DNA of 20,000 nt from sequence record DRR723986_8739; one strand, written 5' to 3'. The position numbers were made by a program, and so were the translations under genes. Position 1 is the first letter of the stretch. Each line of letters opens with the position of its first letter. This document shows, in pieces, positions 16,498 through 20,000 of the stretch. The notes under the pieces are model-generated. The model worked only from the letters and a program-made list of their open reading frames with translations. It ran no database searches and was not told the DNA's origin.

Positions 16498-17598
16498 TTA
16501 GAAAGAAAGCTTTACTCTACCGATAGCTTCAATTCTGGCTTTAGCTGTCTCGATAGCTGCTTGTTGAGCTGGAATGTTTTCCTTTTCTGATTTATTCAAA
16601 ATGCCTAAACAGGTATCGAATATTTTTTCAGTTTGCTTATAAACTGTATCTCTATTGTATCCGCCGAAATACTCAGCGCCAACGTTGATGACACCGCCAG
16701 CGTTGATTAGAAAATCAGGTGCGTACACAATTCCTTTTTCCATTAGAATTTTGCCGTGCTTGGCTTCATCTTTCAGCTGATTATTCGCCCCTCCTGCTAT
16801 TACAGCACATTTCAAGCGGTCAATGGTTTCATCGTTGACGGTGGCTCCTAACGCACATGGAGAATAAATATCCATTTCCAAATCATAGATTACATTTGGG
16901 TCAACTACTTGAGCACCTGTTTTTTTGGCGACAGCTTGGAGCTTGTCTTCGAAAATATCCGTTACTAACACGTTGGCTCCTTCTTTCACCAAATAGTCAA
17001 TCAAATATTTGCCTACCTGCCCTACACCCTGAACGCCAATTCTTTTTCCAGCCAAGGATTCTGATCCAAAAGCTTTCTTAGCTGCTGCTTTCATACCCAT
17101 GTAGACACCATAGGCCGTAACCGGAGAAGGATCTCCACCGCCTCCTTTGATCTCAGGAAGACCCGTGACATGACGAGTTTCCAGGCCGATGAACTCCATG
17201 TCTGAGGTGTTCATGTTTACGTCTTCTGCGGTAACGTACCTACCACCTAAGCTCTGAACGAATCTTCCAAAGCGTCTTAGGTAAGCTTCATTTTTCAATT
17301 TTGGATCTCCCAAAATCACAGCTTTACCGCCGCCAAGATTCAACCCGGCAAGGGCATTTTTGAAAGTCATTCCTCTTGATAGACGAAGAACATCTGTAAT
17401 TGCTTCTTCTTCAGAAGCATAAGGCCACATACGGGTTCCGCCTAGCGCAGGGCCCAAAGTGGTGTTGTGAATTCCTATCAATGCCTTTAGGCCGGTAGCT
17501 TCATCATGGCAGACCACAAGTTGTTCGTGATCCATCGTAGTGATTTGGCCAAAGATTGAACCTTCACGTACTGTTTCGGTAGCTTTAATCTCTAACAT
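16498..17598 (-). CDS. Glu/Leu/Phe/Val dehydrogenase family, leucine dehydrogenase-like
   Basis: GPALGGTRM, LRLSRGMTFKN, LGGGKAVI, TAEDV, GDPSPVTAYGV, Rossmann QGVGQVG, PCALG, GGANNQL and PDFLINAGGVI. Confidence 0.92.
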   Translation of the reverse strand: MLEIKATETVREGSIFGQITTMDHEQLVVCHDEATGLKALIGIHNTTLGPALGGTRMWPYASEEEAITDVLRLSRGMTFKNALAGLNLGGGKAVILGDPKLKNEAYLRRFGRFVQSLGGRYVTAEDVNMNTSDMEFIGLETRHVTGLPEIKGGGGDPSPVTAYGVYMGMKAAAKKAFGSESLAGKRIGVQGVGQVGKYLIDYLVKEGANVLVTDIFEDKLQAVAKKTGAQVVDPNVIYDLEMDIYSPCALGATVNDETIDRLKCAVIAGGANNQLKDEAKHGKILMEKGIVYAPDFLINAGGVINVGAEYFGGYNRDTVYKQTEKIFDTCLGILNKSEKENIPAQQAAIETAKARIEAIGRVKLSF

Positions 17599-17623
17599 GT
17601 GAACTTAGCTTTTTAGAATGTGT

Positions 17624-17631
17624 TATATTTG
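17624..17631 (+). promoter_or_regulatory. Candidate -7 box (TATATTTG) for the ABC exporter
   Basis: Exact TAnnTTTG on the plus strand, about 110 nt upstream of the ABC gene start. Confidence 0.45.
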
Positions 17632-17657
17632 GGTACTCCTTGCGAAATTGACCGATA

Positions 17658-17687
17658 CAAAATTAAATACTTTTATTGGCCTTCAAA
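17658..17687 (-). promoter_or_regulatory. Bacteroidota promoter (-33 TTTG, 18-nt spacer, -7 TAATTTTG) for the dehydrogenase
   Basis: Plus-strand CAAAATTA at 17658-17665 and CAAA at 17684-17687, about 60 nt upstream of the dehydrogenase ATG. Confidence 0.6.
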
Positions 17688-17743
17688 GGATTAATATACC
17701 CAGTCTTCCTAATCTATTTCTTTCATTTTAAAATTTTTATTTG

Positions 17744-19534
17744 GTGAAACCACTTTGGCGACTCAATAAGTATTTGTATAAATACAAGGGCTTGATCCTT
17801 TTGGGGATAGTTTTTACGGTGATTTCTAACATTTTCGTAATTATACCTGCTCAGTTAGTAAGACTTGCAATAGATTATGTTGTTGAAAGTTTTTCGATTT
17901 ATCAGCCTTTAGAGCAGGGTGGTTTGGGTAATCAGGCCCAAGATATTTTTCTAAAATTCGTTTTTGTGTTTGGAGTACTGATCTTAGTAATGGCTTTACT
18001 GAGAGGTATCTTCCTGTTTTTCATCCGACAGACGCTTATCATCATGTCCCGAAAGGTGGAATATGATATGAAAAATGAAATCTATGATCACTACCAAAAA
18101 CTGCCACTTAGTTTTTACAGAAAAAATAGCACGGGAGATTTGATGGCAAGAATCACAGAGGATGTGAGCCGCGTGCGTATGTACCTAGGACCAGCGATTA
18201 TGTATGGTTTAAACCTGCTCATTCTTTTTCCCTTGGTGATATCCTATATGATCACGGTTAATCCCTTGCTGACACTTTATGCACTCTTGCCTCTTCCTGT
18301 ACTTTCGCTGAGTATTTATTATGTGAATAACATGATCAATGAGCGTTCTGAGAAGATTCAGCGCAGTTTGAGTGGGTTAAGCACGTTTGTGCAAGAAGCA
18401 TTTTCAGGGATTCGGGTGCTCAAAGCTTTTGTCAGGGAGAGTGATAGTGCTAATGACTTTGCGACTGCAAGCGAAGATTATAAGGTGAAGTCTATTCGGC
18501 TGACCCGGGTAAATGCGCTTTTCTTCCCGATCATCATGGCCCTTGTTGGTGTTTCAACAATTATCACTGTATATGTAGGTGGATTACAGGTGATCAGTGG
18601 AGAGATAGGGTATGGGGTCATTGCGGAATTTATTTTGTACGTGAATATGCTCACTTGGCCAGTGACTTCATTGGGCTGGGTGACTAGTATAGTCCAGCGA
18701 GCGGCTGCATCCCAAACTCGGATCAACGAGTTTCTTGATGAAAAGAATGATATTCTTAACACCAACGATATAGAGGCCAATATTACCGGAACGGTAGAAA
18801 TGGACAATGTTTCTTTCATCTATCCTGATTCAGGTATCACTGCGCTGAAAAATGTAAGCTTCAAAATCCAAGAAGGTCAAACACTTGGGATTATCGGTAC
18901 AACTGGATCAGGTAAATCTACGATCGCGAATCTGTTAATGCGGATGTACGATCCTAACTCAGGTGTGATCAAAGTGGATGGTAAGCCAATTGATTCGCTT
19001 TCTGTTTCAGATCTAAGAAGGCAAATAGGGTATGTGCCTCAGGACGTATTCTTGTTTTCGGATAGTATTGGGAATAACATTGCCTTTGGACTGAATGAGT
19101 CGGATCCTAAAATCATTGAACAAGCTGCTAAAGATGCTGATGTCTATCAGAACATTGTGGAATTTCCAAAGGGTTTCGAAACTATGCTTGGTGAGCGAGG
19201 AATTACCCTTTCAGGAGGGCAGAAGCAGCGAGTTTCTATTGCTCGAGCTATAGCGAAGGAACCTAAAATCCTCATTTTGGATGACTGCCTCTCTGCAGTA
19301 GATACCAAAACTGAGAATGTGATTTTGACAGCTCTAAAAAATATTATGCAAAATCGCACATCCATTATTATTTCCCACCGCGTATCATCAGCCAAACTAG
19401 CGGATCAAATTATAGTTTTGGACGATGGCAAAGTTATCGAAACGGGAAATCATAAGACACTGATGGAGCAGAAGGGAGTCTATGCTGAGCTATACGAAAA
19501 GCAGACTCAGTCAGGAGAATCTGTTGATAATTAG
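17744..19534 (+). CDS. ABC exporter, fused permease and ATPase (MdlA/MsbA-like half transporter)
   Basis: N-terminal TM domain with TGDLMAR, Walker A GTTGSGKST, Q-loop VPQD, signature LSGGQKQR, Walker B ILILDDCLSAVD and H-loop ISHR. Start GTG 17744 (or TTG 17741). Confidence 0.93.
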   Translation: MKPLWRLNKYLYKYKGLILLGIVFTVISNIFVIIPAQLVRLAIDYVVESFSIYQPLEQGGLGNQAQDIFLKFVFVFGVLILVMALLRGIFLFFIRQTLIIMSRKVEYDMKNEIYDHYQKLPLSFYRKNSTGDLMARITEDVSRVRMYLGPAIMYGLNLLILFPLVISYMITVNPLLTLYALLPLPVLSLSIYYVNNMINERSEKIQRSLSGLSTFVQEAFSGIRVLKAFVRESDSANDFATASEDYKVKSIRLTRVNALFFPIIMALVGVSTIITVYVGGLQVISGEIGYGVIAEFILYVNMLTWPVTSLGWVTSIVQRAAASQTRINEFLDEKNDILNTNDIEANITGTVEMDNVSFIYPDSGITALKNVSFKIQEGQTLGIIGTTGSGKSTIANLLMRMYDPNSGVIKVDGKPIDSLSVSDLRRQIGYVPQDVFLFSDSIGNNIAFGLNESDPKIIEQAAKDADVYQNIVEFPKGFETMLGERGITLSGGQKQRVSIARAIAKEPKILILDDCLSAVDTKTENVILTALKNIMQNRTSIIISHRVSSAKLADQIIVLDDGKVIETGNHKTLMEQKGVYAELYEKQTQSGESVDN

Positions 19535-19625
19535 GAATTTCTATCTATATTATTACTCAGTAAAGCGACGTCTTGAAAAAAGTAATTACCTTCAAGGGTA
19601 TCAGTTTACCTTAAAATTTTTAGTT

Positions 19626-19943
19626 ATGACAGATAAGAAATCAACCACCCAAGAAATAGAAAAAGTACTTAAGGAGATTGGGGATAAAATTGAAGAACTA
19701 GTAAAAAAAGGAGCTGATGCTGGTTCTGATGCAAAGGAAGAAATAGATAAGAAAATTCAGGATTTAAAGGAGAATAAAACAACTCTTGAAGCTGAATTTA
19801 AGAAAGGTAAGGAGATTTTAGAACGGGAATTTAAAGAGCGTACTGTCGATTTCAAGCCTAAATTGGAAGAATCTAAGGGGTTTCTGAAAGAAGGCTTGAA
19901 GCAAATAGGTTTAGCATTTAAGACTCTCTTAGCCAAGAAGTAA
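19626..19943 (+). CDS. Small Lys/Glu-rich helical hypothetical protein
   Basis: ATG at 19626 (MTDKKSTTQEIEKVLKEIG..., 105 aa) follows an AT-rich gap and is followed by a terminator. The ORF-track extension to 19482 overlaps the ABC gene and looks non-coding. Confidence 0.75.
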   Translation: MTDKKSTTQEIEKVLKEIGDKIEELVKKGADAGSDAKEEIDKKIQDLKENKTTLEAEFKKGKEILEREFKERTVDFKPKLEESKGFLKEGLKQIGLAFKTLLAKK

Positions 19944-19969
19944 AGTTAAATTCCCAATTCTATCTTATT

Positions 19970-20000
19970 AAAAAAGGCCCGAGATTAATCTCGGGCCTTT
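19970..20000. terminator. Probable bidirectional intrinsic terminator
   Basis: Perfect inverted repeat AAAGGCCCGAGATTAATCTCGGGCCTTT (19973-20000), with an A run on the left and a T run reaching the window edge. Confidence 0.8.

Noticed and set aside
2819-19395. Other nested or antisense ORFs (e.g. 2819-3316, 4686-4871, 5460-5684, 6572-6820, 9157-9984, 10447-10689, 11910-12152, 14952-15456, 16135-16395, 16857-17081, 18478-18819, 19147-19395)
   Set aside because: All lie within well-supported genes on the opposite strand or in another frame and show shadow-ORF composition.
19482-19625. Longer 153-aa version of the last ORF
   Set aside because: It overlaps the ABC gene 3' end and crosses AT-rich intergenic DNA. 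Protein-like composition begins at ATG 19626.

Overview
AT-rich chromosomal window from a Bacteroidota genome, most likely Cytophagales/Cyclobacteriaceae (Algoriphagus-like). This is inferred from gene order, TAnnTTTG promoter boxes and the absence of obvious Shine-Dalgarno motifs. It is mostly housekeeping DNA. A left cluster on the minus strand runs CBS protein - nadK - DUF6089/PorG-like barrel - uppS - bamA; bamA runs off the left edge and is missing from the ORF track. A right cluster on the minus strand runs Leu/Phe/Val dehydrogenase - long nusB - YtxH - DUF1573 lipoprotein - yajC - YbbR-like - coaE, divergent from an ABC exporter. Between the two clusters lie chrA with a 2OG-Fe(II) oxygenase, a two-repeat lipoprotein, serS, and a block of a bestrophin channel, a HipA-like kinase and a DUF3037 protein. 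The best candidate for an uncharacterised system is the overlapping HipA-like kinase/DUF3037 pair. It has its own promoter box, lacks a HipB-type HTH antitoxin, and converges on serS. No rRNA, tRNA, CRISPR array, transposase or integrase was recognised. Family assignments come from recognised motifs, not database searches.
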